DNA from: Malacoraja senta
Taxonomy: Eukaryota
DNA length: 64,000 bases
Reading direction: 5' to 3'
Assembly: GCA_038087875.1 (NCBI GenBank)
Contig: CM075989.1
Span: 21,764,001-21,828,000, forward strand
In this document: positions 1-12,718 of the stretch, piece by piece
Layout of the letters: each line of letters starts with the position of its first letter
Numbering within the stretch: the stretch's first letter is position 1
Program-made: the position numbers and the translations under genes
Notes under the pieces: model-generated
The model's input: the letters and a program-made list of their open reading frames with translations, nothing else
What the model was told of the DNA's origin: nothing
Database searches by the model: none

Positions 1-500
1 CAGGAGTAGGCCATTCAGCCCTTTGAGCCAGCACCGCCATTCACTGTGATCATGGCTGATCATCCACATTAAGTATGCTGTTCCTGCCTTCTCACCATAT
101 CCCCCGACTCCGCTATCTGTAAGAGCTCTATCTAAAGGGCCTGTCCCACTTGGCCGTCATTTGCGTGTAATTTACGGGACATCATTTACACGTCACGACG
201 CAAGTGATGCAGGCATGGTGCGCATTACGCTCGCATTGTGTGATGACATAGGCTGTGACGCGCGCCCGCGCAGGATTTTGTGATGTACAAAATCTTCGCG
301 CAAATGACAGCCAAGTGGGACAGGCCCTTAACTCTCTCTTGAAAGCATCCAGAGAATCGGCCTCTGCTGCCTCCTGAGGCAGAGAATTCCATAGATTCAC
401 AACTCTCCGGGTGAAAAAGTATTTCCTCATCTCCGTTCTGAATGGCCTACCCCTTATTCTTAACCTGTGGCTCCTGGTCCTGGATTCCCCCAACATGGTA
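1..500 (-). mobile_element. CR1-clade (HER1-like) LINE 3' fragment, interrupted by a MITE
   Basis: Minus strand encodes GESRTRSHRLRIRGRPFRTEMRKYFFTRRVVNLWNSLPQ (CR1 ORF2 C-terminus), followed by the same 3' UTR as the long copy at 55-58 kb. Confidence 0.9.
136..328. mobile_element. Non-autonomous PIF/Harbinger-type MITE
   Basis: About 30-bp TIR AGGGCCTGTCCCACTTGGC..., with TAA duplicated at 133-135 and 329-331; removing it restores the CR1 sequence ctatctaactctct. Confidence 0.85.
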
Positions 501-2300
501 AACCTTGTGCCTTGTGGCCCTTCATATTCCCCAGTTTGCCAAATCGTCCCCTCAGCAGGCACTTTCCCCACCGCCCGTGAAAATGTTGTGTTTCCAAGTA
601 TTTACCCAACGCTCCTCTCATTCCACTATCCTTTCAAGGCAGTGCATTCCAGATCACAACAGTTCACAGGGAGAGACAAAAGACCCTCATGCTCTCTTGC
701 TTCTCATTCCAAGACCTAGTTAAACAGCTTAAATGACACCAAATCCTCAAACAGGGCTCTGAATTCCGTCTTTTACGATTTATCCCGACAGAAGGTGACA
801 GACCAGCAGCCTCTCGGTGTTTATAGAGTTTTTTTTTATTTTTTTTTTAACTTGAGACGAAGCAATTACTAGTTGAATAATTAGAGTACCCAAATTGTGT
901 TTTTCGTACTAATTCAGTGAGGGGCTCTGATCTTAAATTGCACACAGACTTTCCCTGGAAAAATACTAATTCAAGACTAATTTGACTACCTTTTCTGCCC
1001 CAACGGCTCGCAGGTTCCCATGAGAAAGAAAGAGTCCAAAACAAACAGCAAAGCCAATAAACAAGCTCACCTCACTGTGAAAAGTACAAATGAAATTAGC
1101 CTCTTGCGAGATAGCAAAGATGTTTCAACTCACTGCAATAATGTCACGCCGGTAAGGAAATGTTGTCTTTTGGGATGAAAAATAGCGCATAAGCATTCAG
1201 CTGAGCTCTATTCATCTTTAGCTCCTGTCGAACCCAGCCACAAAAGGATGCAACTACTGGACCAGCCCCTTTAGACCTGCTCTCTAGAGATGGACAGTGA
1301 CTGCTACTTTCAGTTGTCAGACTCTTTGTAGCAGCTACTAGTTTATGATGCTCATGTCAAGCATTTTAGTCAATGAGCACTTTGTCCGGGGCCCTGGCTA
1401 GGGCAGTGGGAAAACTGCCCACTCCTATCTCATCCCCATCCATCTCCCTCCAGTCTGTTGTCCACTTTTCTACTCCTCGGATAGTGAGGGGTCCCCAGTT
1501 AATGTACTGGAAAATTGCTCCGCATGTTTATGGGAGCCTGTTAAATGAAAGAAATAATAAAATTCACTTGGAGAGAGACGGGTTTTTTCCCCCCACTGAA
1601 CTCGTGGAGCGGCCCGTTGCTTGTCGATTGTGACCCCTCTTAAAAGATGTTGAATAGGATTCCAGAGGTGTGTGCAACAGTCTGTCCTTGCTGCACTTCC
1701 CACTTGATTTTGCTTTCACAATGGGGCCCATTTTAGCACTTTTACTCTGCAACATTCCAGTTGCACATTGCAAACTGAAACACGCTCCTTAATGCAAATG
1801 ATAAGATGGGAAAAATTAAATATTTAGCTGGTTTTCAAAGACTGGATAAACATTTTGCCTTCAAAGTGAGCATAAAGTAACCTTATTGTTTGTCGTATGT
1901 CTTATTATTTTATTATACATTAACGAATAATGTTTTTTGCACGACTGATAGATTGTTAGACCTGAAATACTCAATGAATGCAAATTTAATGAATAAGAAA
2001 AAAGTTTATTAACTCCACCCCCTGCACCATTGTGCCATTATGGAAATTATAGGAAATGCCTGGTGCATAAAAAAAATGATTATTTAAAAAAAAAAAATAT
2101 GATTACTTTAAAAAGTCATGACTTTAAAAAGTAATTATTGCTAAACGGCAAAAAAAGGCTGAAAAGGGGTTCTGACCTGAATCATCGATTATCCAGGGAT
2201 GCTAAGTTACTGAAAAACACCGCAAAGTTACTGAAAAAATAAGGGGGCATCAAAAAAAGTTAGGCATTGTATTTAAAGTAAAGATATATGTATATATGTA

Positions 2301-2600
2301 GAGCTAGAGCAGGCCCTTACATCGCCCGGCACGGATTTAACGGCCGCAAGACTTGCCATCGCCCGCCGGGGGCTTTAACATCGGGAGAGGATGGGGAGCA
2401 GGGGAGGGACAAGACTTTGCCTTCCATCACAGTGAGGAGGAGATTCACTGTGATGGATGTCTGTGTGAATTGAGTTGGTGGTGTGTCTTGTAAAATTGTT
2501 TCTTCTTGTTGTATGGCTGCAGAAACCCAATTTCGTTTGAACCTCATTTGAGGTTCGAATGACAATAAACAATTGTATTGTATAAATTGTATAAAAATTG
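2301..2600 (+). mobile_element. Short GC-rich non-autonomous retroelement with Rex1-type 3' end
   Basis: 8-bp direct repeat tatatgta at 2293-2300 and 2601-2608; internal 13-bp hairpin at 2423-2457; ends in hairpin + tgacaataaa + (attgt)n. Confidence 0.6.
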
Positions 2601-2824
2601 TATATGTATCACAAATTCTACTTTCAGATCATGTTTTTTGCAAATTTAAAGTAAGGATCTGTAAGAATTTTCCAAAATTTATTTGGCTTAGAATCTGGAA
2701 GTTGTATAATGTTTTTTATATGCTGAGGAGTGAAATATGACTTTAGTGCTAAAATATATTGAGGATATCTTATCAGTGATGCTACCACATGGCAGTTTTC
2801 CCATAAGTGTTTTGTAAGTGATAC

Positions 2825-2955
2825 ATTCCCTTATCATGTATCTGTACACTGTAAATGGGTCGATTGTAATCATGTATTGTCTTTCTGCCGACTGGATAGC
2901 ACGCAACAAAAAGCTTTTCACTGTACCTCGGTACACGTGACAATAAACTAAACTG
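2825..2955 (+). mobile_element. Rex1/Babar LINE 3' UTR fragment
   Basis: aaagcttttcactgtacctcggtacacgtgacaataaactaaactg is the same tail that follows Rex1-like coding sequence at 42066-42545. Confidence 0.75.
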
Positions 2956-3339
2956 AGCTGTAATTGTGAATCAATAACTATCCATTGTGAAATCCTATTC
3001 GAAAGAGTCAATGAACAAGTTACCTAGCAGTTGTGAGATATTATGTCTTATATACCATTCTCACGTCCCTTTTATTCAGGTAATCAATGAAAATAGTGTG
3101 CTTTGTGGGCCCACATGATCATTTTGATAATGTTGTAGTTATCGTTATATTCTGCGCCTATCGGAGGCTATGCTTAACATGATAAAGGTCACAAATTCTC
3201 AAGCTAATGAAGAATTAGAAGTGTACACAAGTGCACAGAAAACAAAGGGACTTCACTCACAGTCAGAAAACTATGGGCTTGGGGTTCGTGGCTGTCAAAG
3301 CTATTTTTCTTTCTTACCTGAGTGAGTTTACTCAAGATG

Positions 3340-3503
3340 TCGGAAGGACCTACAGATGCTGGTTTAAATCGAAAATTAGACACTAAATGCCGGAGTAACT
3401 CAGCGGGACAGGCAGCATCTCTGGAGAGGAGGAAAGGGCGCCGTTTCGGGTCGAGACCCTTCTCCAGAGATGCTGCCTGTCCCGCTGAGTTACTCCAGCA
3501 TTT
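3340..3503. mobile_element. PLE-derived fold-back element
   Basis: Inverted arms ggagtaactcagcgggacaggcagcatctctggaga / reverse complement; direct repeat tgagtttactc at 3323-3333 and 3504-3514. Confidence 0.75.
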
Positions 3504-3986
3504 TGAGTTTACTCGATCCCCGGCAATAATCCATGCCACGCGAATGGGAGCCGTTCTTCTCCAGGTGGGGGATGGGGGGGGGGGGGGAGATGGGGTCAAC
3601 CAGGGTCTATGGGTGGGGTGGCGAGGGTTAACTGACCACTCTCCAGCTCGCTCGCGCCTCCTGCCAGCCACCAACAATGGGCCTGACGGTGCTGGGAGTG
3701 GCGTTAATGATCGACCCACCCTGGTGTAACAAGTTGCCCATCCCGAAAGCTTAGTAACAGGAAATGTTCTGCACGGAAGATAAAAGGAACTCTCTGTGGA
3801 CAGATCGCCATTGAATATTTTCCTCGTTGAGGAATAAAATGACTATTCACAAACTTCTATATTATTTCCAAAATCTTATTTCCAAGATTTACTCTGCGCT
3901 TGTGTGGATAATATGATCTTCACACATGTGCTTTTGAGGTGACACTGCTATGTATATAAACAGAAATGATTTAAATGTATTTATGA

Positions 3987-4275
3987 TTAGTTTAGTTTAG
4001 TGATACACTGAGGAAACAGGCCCTTCGGCCCACCGAGCCCCTGCCGACCAGCGATCCCTGTACACAGTGAAGACTATTTACTTATTGCAAATGCCAATTA
4101 ACCTACAAACCTGTATGCCCTTGGAGTGTGGGAGGAATCCAGAGCTCCTGGAGAAAACCCACGTGGGTCACAGGGAGAACGTACAAACTCCGTACAGACA
4201 GCACCCCAGGTGAGGATCGAGACCAGGCCTCTGGCGCTGTGAGGCAGCAACTCTAGCGCTGCGCCACCATGCCAC
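3987..4275 (-). mobile_element. HE1-like tRNA-derived V-SINE
   Basis: Minus strand shows an A/B-box head, V-domain ctgtacggagtttgtacgttctcc, gggccgaagggcctgtttcc 3' region and (ctaaa)n tail. Confidence 0.85.
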
Positions 4276-4857
4276 TGAGAAACTGCAGGCGTTGGAAGCT
4301 TGAGCCAAAAATAAATTGCTGGAGGAACATGGTGAGCATCTGTGGTGGGAATGGACAGACAACTTAATACCCGGGGAACATGGAACTAGAATCTGTGGAA
4401 CTCCGCACAGACAGAACCCGAGATTAGGATCGAGCCCAGGTCTCTGGCACTGTGAGGCAGCAGCAGCTCTACCAGCTGCACCCCTGTGCTGCCATGGGAG
4501 GGTGGGAGGGGGCGAGTGTGAGTGGGAGGGGGTGGAAGAAGATGTGTGCCAGGTTACGCCACTTATGAATGATTAAACCTGCAATCTTCTGCATGGCTGC
4601 AGGAAAATCAAACAATACAATGCTGGATCAAGGATTAGGATGCACTTGGCTACAGTTACACTTGGAGAAGTTAAAGTACTTTTTGGCCTTTTGGTTGAGC
4701 TCAAATGTAGACTCAGTTTAACTGAAAGCATGAGAGCGCTATTGCTGAGAGTTTCTGCTTTCTTCAATATGATCCTCCTCTCTCAGGACTAACATTCCAG
4801 TTGCTTCGATCTAACAAACCTTCAGCCTTTCATTTATTTAAGATCAGTTTTTCTTTC

Positions 4858-5130
4858 TCAGGCCAGGTTGGGGGGAGTTCCCCCCGCCACGTGTACCATG
4901 TAATCCCGTGCTACCTGCTCCACGGTTGGATAGTCGGCGACTAAACCGTCTCCCCCACCTGGTTTTCCAGGTGAGGAGGGGGCTGTGGACCCCCAGCAGG
5001 ACCAAAAACAAAACCTGTCAAAGGGCGGATGAGCTTCTAGCGAGCCAACGGCCATCCACACTTCAGTAGAAGTTGCGATCACTGTCGTACACGGCATTGT
5101 AAGGAAAGATGATAAAGCACACACACACCA
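4858..5130 (+). other. GC-rich, hairpin-dense insert of unassigned family (possibly RTE-related non-autonomous element)
   Basis: Abrupt GC rise, several consecutive hairpins, ends in (ca)n; no TSD found. Confidence 0.3.
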
Positions 5131-5311
5131 ACATCCTATACTTCCAGCGGCGGAAGTTCGCAGGAACTGGAGGACAGAGATGTGTGGTGCGTCCGTCACC
5201 GTTCCCGTCGGAAACCAGCACCACTGCATCGCTAATGTTTTCAGAGTTCATGAATGAATTTTCTTTGCAATAATTCATTAGAGTTCCGCCTGCAAATGAT
5301 TGGATAATGGC

Positions 5312-5623
5312 TTAGTTTAGAGCGTAGTTTAGAAATACATTATGGAAACAGGCCCTTCGGCCCACGAGTCTGCAACGTCCAGCGATCGATCACCCCGGAC
5401 ACTAACACTATCCGACACATCAGGGACAATGTACAATTTGTACCAAAGCCAAATAACCTACAAACCTGTACGCCTTTGGAACGTGGTAGGAAACCAGAGG
5501 TCCTGGAGAAAACCCACGCAGGTCACTGGGAGAATGTACGAACTCCGTACAGACAGCACCTGTAGTCAGGATGGAACCCGGGTCTCTGTCGCTGCAAGGC
5601 AGCAACTCTGCCGCTGCGCCACC
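5312..5623 (-). mobile_element. HE1-like V-SINE
   Basis: Full head, V-domain and tail motifs on the minus strand. Confidence 0.85.
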
Positions 5624-5814
5624 ATGCAGATTTGTAAGAGAAATCAGCACAAAGTTTGTAGCTATGTTGTAGGCTCCATGCGCTAGAAGTGCTTATATCT
5701 ATAGATCGGTTATAGACCCCGATAAATGTCCATTGCTAATCGTACAACACAATACGTTTTCTATCAGTTTGTATTTTCATCATTACTATAATAAGCTGTG
5801 TTTATGTTCCTCAG

Positions 5815-6040
5815 TGGTGCTGTCTGTACAGAGTTTGCACCTTCTCCCTTTGACCACATGAATTTTCACCAAGTGCTCCGGTTTCCTCCCACACTCCAAA
5901 GACGTGCAGGTTTGTAGGTTAATTGTCTTCTGTAAATTATCCCTAATGTGTAGGATAGAACTAGTGTACGGGGTGATCATTGGTCGGCGCGTACTCGACG
6001 GGCCGAAGGGCCTGTTTCCACGCTGTATCTCTAAACTAAA
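5815..6040 (+). mobile_element. HE1-like V-SINE, 5'-truncated
   Basis: V-domain through gggccgaagggcctgtttccacgctgtatctctaaactaaa. Confidence 0.85.
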
Positions 6041-6112
6041 ATAAACAACCACCTTAAGGTTAAATAATAATCTTATTATTAAGTTGGGAGCGGGGCAACA
6101 TAAAGACACATA

Positions 6113-6408
6113 GGTTTAGTTTAGTGATACAGCGCGGAAACAGGCCCTTTGGCCCAACGAGTCTGCACCGACCAGCGATCCCCACACATTAACACTATCC
6201 TACACACACTAGGGACAATATGCATTTACACCAAGCCAGTTAACCTACAAACCTGGACGTCTTTGGAGTGTGGGAGGAAACCGAAGATCTCGGGGAAAAC
6301 CCACGCAGGTCACGGGGAGAACGTACTAACAGCGCCCGTAGTCAGGATCAAACCCGGGTCTTTGGCGTTGTAAAGCAGCAACTCTTCCTCTGCGCCACCG
6401 TGCCGCCC
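6113..6408 (-). mobile_element. HE1-like V-SINE
   Basis: Same consensus on the minus strand; tail-to-tail with the copy at 5815-6040. Confidence 0.85.
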
Positions 6409-7939
6409 CACTCATTTCCCAAGCCACAATTCTATTCAACAGCGAGGTGACGAACTGGAAACCCCGGAGGTGGTTAAACTGAAGCCAAACAGTGGTTGCA
6501 GTTATGATCTCCCACTTTACCCTTTTTGTGTGTCCCGGGGTCAGATCATTGGTCTCGGCAGTCTCTTAACACACAGATGTTACAGTAACACTCAGGAAAT
6601 CACGGCTAAATGTGGCCTTTCACCCCAGCAGTCAGCTGATTCTCTGTGGCACTGTGAAATATGGAGTCGGCTTCCATGAATTAGCATTTTTTCCCACCGT
6701 CTCTTTTCTTCGCCCAGGCGCCTAGTCCTCTGTGCCGCTGGTCTGTCGGCCTGGCTCAGGCGCTCGCACAGTTGTCCACAGTCTGATCCCTGGCTCCTCC
6801 GGGGTCAAAGGTCGCCGACCTCAGGCCATGACTCTTGCTGGAGGCCGCCTGACAGATCACCCCTGTCCCCACCAAAGGTCAGCGAGACAAACAACTGCAG
6901 CCTATATATCAGCTTTTACACTTTCCTGACACTTTCCCAACTCACTTTCCTCCCCAAGAACAAAGGGCCTCAAAGGCTTCCCTGCCCGCACGGTGATGAA
7001 TAGACACCAGTCTCTGATACCAATCTTCAGCCCTGCAACATGAATCTTAAACCCCCCCCCCCCACTTCTCGCTGGAACAAGCATATATATTATTTTGCAC
7101 TTTTGACTGAAGTATTCATTGTAGAACAGTTGCCTCCCGAACAAAAGACTGGGGGCCTTCAGTGCCAGAGACGGTGTGAACAGAACAGAGATGCAACACT
7201 GATCTAACTAGCAACAACAAAATAAAAAGTTAGCTAGATTTCTCCCAGGGTTACAAATGGAGTCCCTGAACTCGAGATCATTTCCAAATTACATCTGTGG
7301 TATAAGGTACGCTGGCTCGCTAGGAGTTGCTATGACGGTGTTCAGTAAAGAACAAACTCAGAACAAAACTTCCTTAAAGTTTGGCCCATCCTTTTCAAAG
7401 TTCAAAGATCAGCAAATTGTAGATGAAGGCTTTCTCACCGCGCTTTATATTCCTGAGAAACTCATTTTTTTATTTGCACAGGACGGGGAAAAAAAAAGAC
7501 CTCACTCACTACGGTTGTTTTAACTGTTTGATTTATGACAATTATCGTGATTGCCTAGGTTTGCAATTAGCACGGTTGGGATAAACAGATTATAATGATC
7601 ACCATGGGTTTCACATGTCACTTTATATCAGGATACCATAACATCATAGGATCCCTATTCATTAATGATGTTGGATTATGACTTTATAGGTTTTGTTAAT
7701 CGTTTATTTATGCAACACATGTATTGGTGGGTTGAACAGTGCGTTAATTATCTGCACATGTTACTTCTGGATTCGCTCTCCACACGGATCACAGAGTGAG
7801 GCCATGGCTTTGGCTGCCAAGTCATCCAGCCACGCAATCTGTAGTCATCCGAATCGGACAACTTCGTTAGGGATCTGGGTCTGTTGAATTGGCCAAAAGC
7901 TTTCACTCTTCCAATTCAGAGTAGCAGGGAATTCTCACC

Positions 7940-8500
7940 TTTAGTTGGGAGATACAGCGCGGAAACAGGCCCTTCGGCCCACCGAGTCCGCGCCGACCAG
8001 CGATCACCCCGTACGCTCACGCTATCCCACACACACACACTAGGGACAATTTTACAATCATACCAAGCCAATTTACCTACAAACCCACGCATCACCTGGA
8101 GTGTGGGAGGAAATCGGAGCACCCGGAGAAAACCCACGGGGAGAACGTACAAACTCCGTACTGGCAGCAACCCGTAGTCAGGATTGAACCCGGGTCTCTG
8201 GCGATGTGAAACTTGTCTGCCGGCAGTGTGGGATATTCTGATCAATGCCCACTGGCACAGTTTAGTTTAATTTGGTTTTGAGATGCAGGGCAGAAACAGG
8301 CCCTTCGGCCCACCAAGTCCGCGCCGACCAGCGATCTCCGCACATTAACACTATCCTACACACACTAGGGACAATTGACACTTATACAAAGCCAATGAAC
8401 CTGAATACCTGGACGTCTTTGGAGAGTGGGAGGAAACCGCGAAGTTCTGGGAGAAAACTCATTGCAGGTCACGGGGAGAACGTACAAACTCCGTACGGAG
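7940..8500 (-). mobile_element. Two HE1-like V-SINE copies (about 7940-8210 and 8259-8500)
   Basis: Both show the tail and V-domain motifs on the minus strand. Confidence 0.85.
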
Positions 8501-9189
8501 CGTACAGTTCCAGAGCGCGTCCTTTACTAAAGGTAAGACGTATTTTAAGGGCAGGAAATACTGCAGGAGCTAGGTTCTCCAGGGTCGGGATGCAGTTGAT
8601 TGGAATCATTCTCGTGACCCTTCTGTTAGGAATAAGGTTGAATCAACAACCTCAGACCAGTGCCAGCATTCATAATGAACATTTTGCATTTTTAAACCCA
8701 CTGAGAAAATGCATTAAAGTTGTTCTATAAATATAATAAAACAGATTACAAAAAATAAATTACTTGAGGGAATTCATTTATTTGAGAATTTATTTTTCAT
8801 ATTCTTCTCCCCAATATTATTGATTAAATAAAGTGTTGTGGGACTGAGGCGGATTGTTTATTGAACGTTCTAGCAACGTCCTCAGTCAATTAAACTTCAT
8901 TTATATGAAGACCCATGATCTAGGATTAGGAGGAACCAGCTCTTATATTGGAAACAGGCTAATGACTTTGGCAATACATCAGTAAAACCCTTGAATAAAT
9001 GTCAACAGATAATGTGAAAAATTGTTGATGGAGGAATGTCAAAACTAATAGATTGCAGTTGTACCTTATGCATAGTTGGGTAACATCCAGCTGTGAAGTA
9101 CATGCAGTCAAAACCACACCTTCCACTCTCAAAGATTGATGTAGAAGGTCCCCACTTTAACTGGCTGAGTGGAGAAGGAGTGTTTGATG

Positions 9190-9605
9190 GCTACTCGCTG
9201 GAGTTTAGAAGGATGAGTGGGGCACCTCGTTGAAACGTACCGAATAGTGAAAGGCCTGGACAGAGTGGATGTGGAGAGGATGTTTCCACTGGTGGGAGAG
9301 TCTAGGACCAGAGGTCATAGCTTCAGAATTAAAGGACGTTCCGTTAGGAAGGAGAAGAGGAGGAATTCCATTAGTCAGAGGGTGGTGAATTTGTGGAATT
9401 CTGTCTCAGAAGGCCGTGGAGGCCAAGTCAATAGATATTTTTAAGGCAGAGATAGATAGATTGTTGATTAGTATGGGTGTCAGGGGCTATGGGGAGAAGG
9501 CAGGAGAATGGGATTAGGAGGGAGAGATAGAACAGCCATGATGGAATGTTGGAGTAGACTTGATGGGCTGAATGGTCTAATTTTGTTCCTACTATTTATG
9601 AATTT
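9190..9605 (+). mobile_element. CR1 LINE 3' fragment
   Basis: Encodes KGLDRVDVERMFPLVGESRTRGHSFRIKG...QRVVNLWNS, followed by 3' UTR. Confidence 0.9.
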
Positions 9606-9758
9606 ATGTCATTCATTGTGCCCATTGCGGAGCTCCTCGGCTAATTCCTTCATGGTTTCAGTTACATAATGCCTTTTTGCTTTCTACATTTGAATTATTC
9701 TCCTTACCTTCCATTAAGGTTAATTTAACCATCTTACATTCCTGGAAAGCAACTCCTG

Positions 9759-10133
9759 TTTAGTTTAGTTTAGAGATACAGCACAGAAACAGGCCCTTCG
9801 GCCCACCGAGTTGCTGCCTTACAGCTCCAGAGACGCGAGTTCGATCCTGACTATGGGCAGTCTGTACGGAGTTTGTACATTCTTCCCGCGACCCTGTGGG
9901 TTTTCTCCGGGTGCTCCAGTTTCCTCCCACATTCCAATCAACGTACAGGATTGTAGAGGAATTGGCTTTGGTAAAAATTGTACATTGTCCGTAATGTGTG
10001 GGATAGTGCTAGTGTACGGGGGGTCGCTGTTCGGGGCGGACTGGGCGGGCCGAAGGGCCTGTTTCCATGCTGTATCTCTAACCAAACTAAACTACTAGTT
10101 ACTATTACTACATGAAACTAAACTAAACTAAAC
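9759..10133 (+). mobile_element. HE1-like V-SINE with an inverted copy of its 3' end fused at the 5' side
   Basis: 9759-9810 is a minus-strand SINE tail joined at 'gag' to a plus-strand SINE body. Confidence 0.8.
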
Positions 10134-10897
10134 TACCTCCACTCCAGTTCAGTAGAACTTGAGGTGACTACCAGGCTGGTGTGGAATCTACAGAGAAATA
10201 TTATAGAATTTTAATAACATTTTACTTCCTGAATCCATTCAACATGGGATAAGTGCAAGGACAAGATTATTCAGGCGAAGGGCTTTGTTAATAAAGAGGC
10301 AGCTAATTTTTATTTCTGGTGCTGGTGGTTTATATTAGTTGCAGCAATGATTCATTAAACAATTACGGTGCCTGCCTAAGGATAACTTCAGCTTGTTGTG
10401 AAATATATCTTCACTTGTCACATTGTTACCTCAGTTCTTTACCCCTCTCGTGCTTATTCTCAGAGTTATGTGGCCTTCAAATCGTGACCACAGACAATAC
10501 AACCTCCTTACCTAATTACATGTTACATTGACAACAGCCACATTCCTTCCACATCTCTGGTAATATTTTACAGAGAGTTCAGCCATGAGTTGATTGAGGA
10601 ATACAAAAGAATAACAACATTTCAATTTGTATATTTTACATTGAGGTAGACATTTAAACCAACAAAATTGATATGAAACTTTATTCATCTTTATGAATAG
10701 AGATGGATTATTGATCAGTAGATCATTTATGAAGTTAGACACTTGAGATATGAGACGGTGTTCCTTAGTTATACAAGGTATTACTTTCCAGATCATTGCA
10801 CCAGGATTCATTCCATAGAAAGCTGGAGTAATTCAGCATGGTCTATCGGTCTTCTGTAGAACAAGATAACAGGGAACTTTCCCCATAGAGAGACAGA

Positions 10898-11625
10898 AAA
10901 GGGTGGTGGGTGTATGGAACAAGCTGCCAGACGAGGTAGTCGAGGCTGCGACTATCCCAGCGTTTAAGAAACAGTTGGACAAGTACATGGATAGGACAGG
11001 TTTGGAGGGATATGGACCAAGCGCAGGCAGGTGGGACCAAAGATCCAATAGTAAACAAGATAGTGCACTCCTGCTAAAACCAATGGGCTGACGTGTAGTA
11101 CGCCACGGAGCGGAACGTCAGCCTTTTTGTCGGCCATTTCTGTAACCAGACCCGACTTTGTAAATCCCTCTCGCAGTGTAATCAGCGTTGCGGGGGAACA
11201 GTTTGTGTGTGATACAGTGTTAGACCCATTATTCATAATTCTGTTAATTCCTAATTCTGCTATTTTTTGTTCATGATTAATATGTCAATAATTTATAATT
11301 CTGTTATTTTCTTTTTTTAATGTTTTTTTTTAAATTTCTTTTTTTTAAGTTTTTTTAAAATTCCTTTTTAAATGGCTCAAGTGCTGTGTTTGAGTTAATG
11401 TTTGTATTAAACTGTCACCAGGATCTTTGGATCTTTGCTATAGGATCTTTGTTTGGATAGGAGTGCGGAAATGGGGCCAAAGATTACCCATGAATCTGCC
11501 CAGTTTTTTCGTCAACAGGGCTATCTTGCTTGCTAGGGGATCTTTGGGTGGGACTAGTGTAGCTGGGACATGTTGGCTGGTGTGGGCAGGTTGGGGCAAA
11601 GGGCCTGTTTCCACACTGTATGACT
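10898..11625 (+). mobile_element. CR1 LINE 3' fragment split by an 8-bp-TSD MITE
   Basis: Encodes VGVWNKLPDEVVEAATIPAFKKQLDKYM; the 3' UTR resumes at 11547. Confidence 0.85.
11038..11546. mobile_element. Non-autonomous DNA transposon (hAT- or P-type MITE)
   Basis: Perfect 8-bp TSD ggtgggac (11030-11037, 11547-11554); 26-bp TIR CAAAGATCC..CAAGATAG with 4 mismatches. Confidence 0.85.
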
Positions 11626-11965
11626 AAGTGCTTGGAGTAACTCAGCAGTTCAGGCAGCATCATGGATCGGTGACATTTTCAGTGTGGAACCCTTCTTGAT
11701 GTTCTAAAACGTTGACAAATGATAAGATCATTGATGATTTGATCAATGCTCATGTACTCATGCTTGTATGCCTTGCTGCTCTAGTCCCCCTTTGCCCGAG
11801 CTAATGGGTTCCAAGTTGTCATATTCAGTAATGGCCAAGATCTAATGACTTAACATTTTAAGAGCTGAATTTTGCTTTGGATAACAGACAATAGGACACA
11901 CAAGTATAAAGAAATACTCTCTTCATATTTTTTGCCATTTTCCTTGTGTATTTCCCATTTCCTTT

Positions 11966-12165
11966 NNNNNNNNNNNNNNNNNNNNNNNNNNNNNNNNNNN
12001 NNNNNNNNNNNNNNNNNNNNNNNNNNNNNNNNNNNNNNNNNNNNNNNNNNNNNNNNNNNNNNNNNNNNNNNNNNNNNNNNNNNNNNNNNNNNNNNNNNNN
12101 NNNNNNNNNNNNNNNNNNNNNNNNNNNNNNNNNNNNNNNNNNNNNNNNNNNNNNNNNNNNNNNNN
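11966..12165. other. Assembly gap (200 N)
   Basis: Run of exactly 200 n; true size unknown. Confidence 1.
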
Positions 12166-12557
12166 CTTTAGCTGAAGTAATAATATTCCTTTATTCTGTC
12201 AGTACATTGCTCCATCCATTTTAACTTTAAGGCTTACAGCTAATTCATAACTTCATAAGTCATTCGAGTAGAATTAGGCCATTTGGCCCATCAAGTCTAC
12301 TCCGCCATTTAATCATGGCTGATCTAACTTTCCCGCTCACCCCCATTCTCCTGCCTTCTCCCCGTAACCCCTGACACTCAACTAAACTAATCTTTCGGAG
12401 AAAAGGAACAGGTGACATTTCTCTGAAGAAGGGTCTCGACCCAAAACGTCGCCTATTCCTTCGCTCCAGAGATGCTGCCTGTCCCGCTGAGTTACTCCAG
12501 CTTTTTGTGTCTATCTTCGTTGAAACCAGCATCTGGCAGTTCCTTCCTAAACTGATG

Positions 12558-12718
12558 TTTAAGAAAGAACTGCAGATGCTGGAAAAATCGAAGGTAGACA
12601 AAAATGCTGGAGAAACTCAGCGGGTGAGGCAGCATCTATGGAGCGAAGGAATAAAATTCCTTCGCTCCATAGATGCTGTCTCACCCGCTGAGATTCTCCA
12701 GCATTTTTGTCTACCTTC
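12558..12718. mobile_element. Young PLE-derived fold-back element
   Basis: Near-perfect arms of about 60 bp around ggaataaaattcc; 20-bp direct repeat ccttcctaaactgatgttta at 12542-12561 and 12714-12733. Confidence 0.8.

Noticed and set aside
4573..4860. Possible host-gene exon in unique DNA
   Set aside because: No recognisable protein and no convincing splice-site pair.
4861..4900. Possible second HDV-like ribozyme (gccacgt loop-like motif)
   Set aside because: No compatible P3/P1/P2 pairings could be built.
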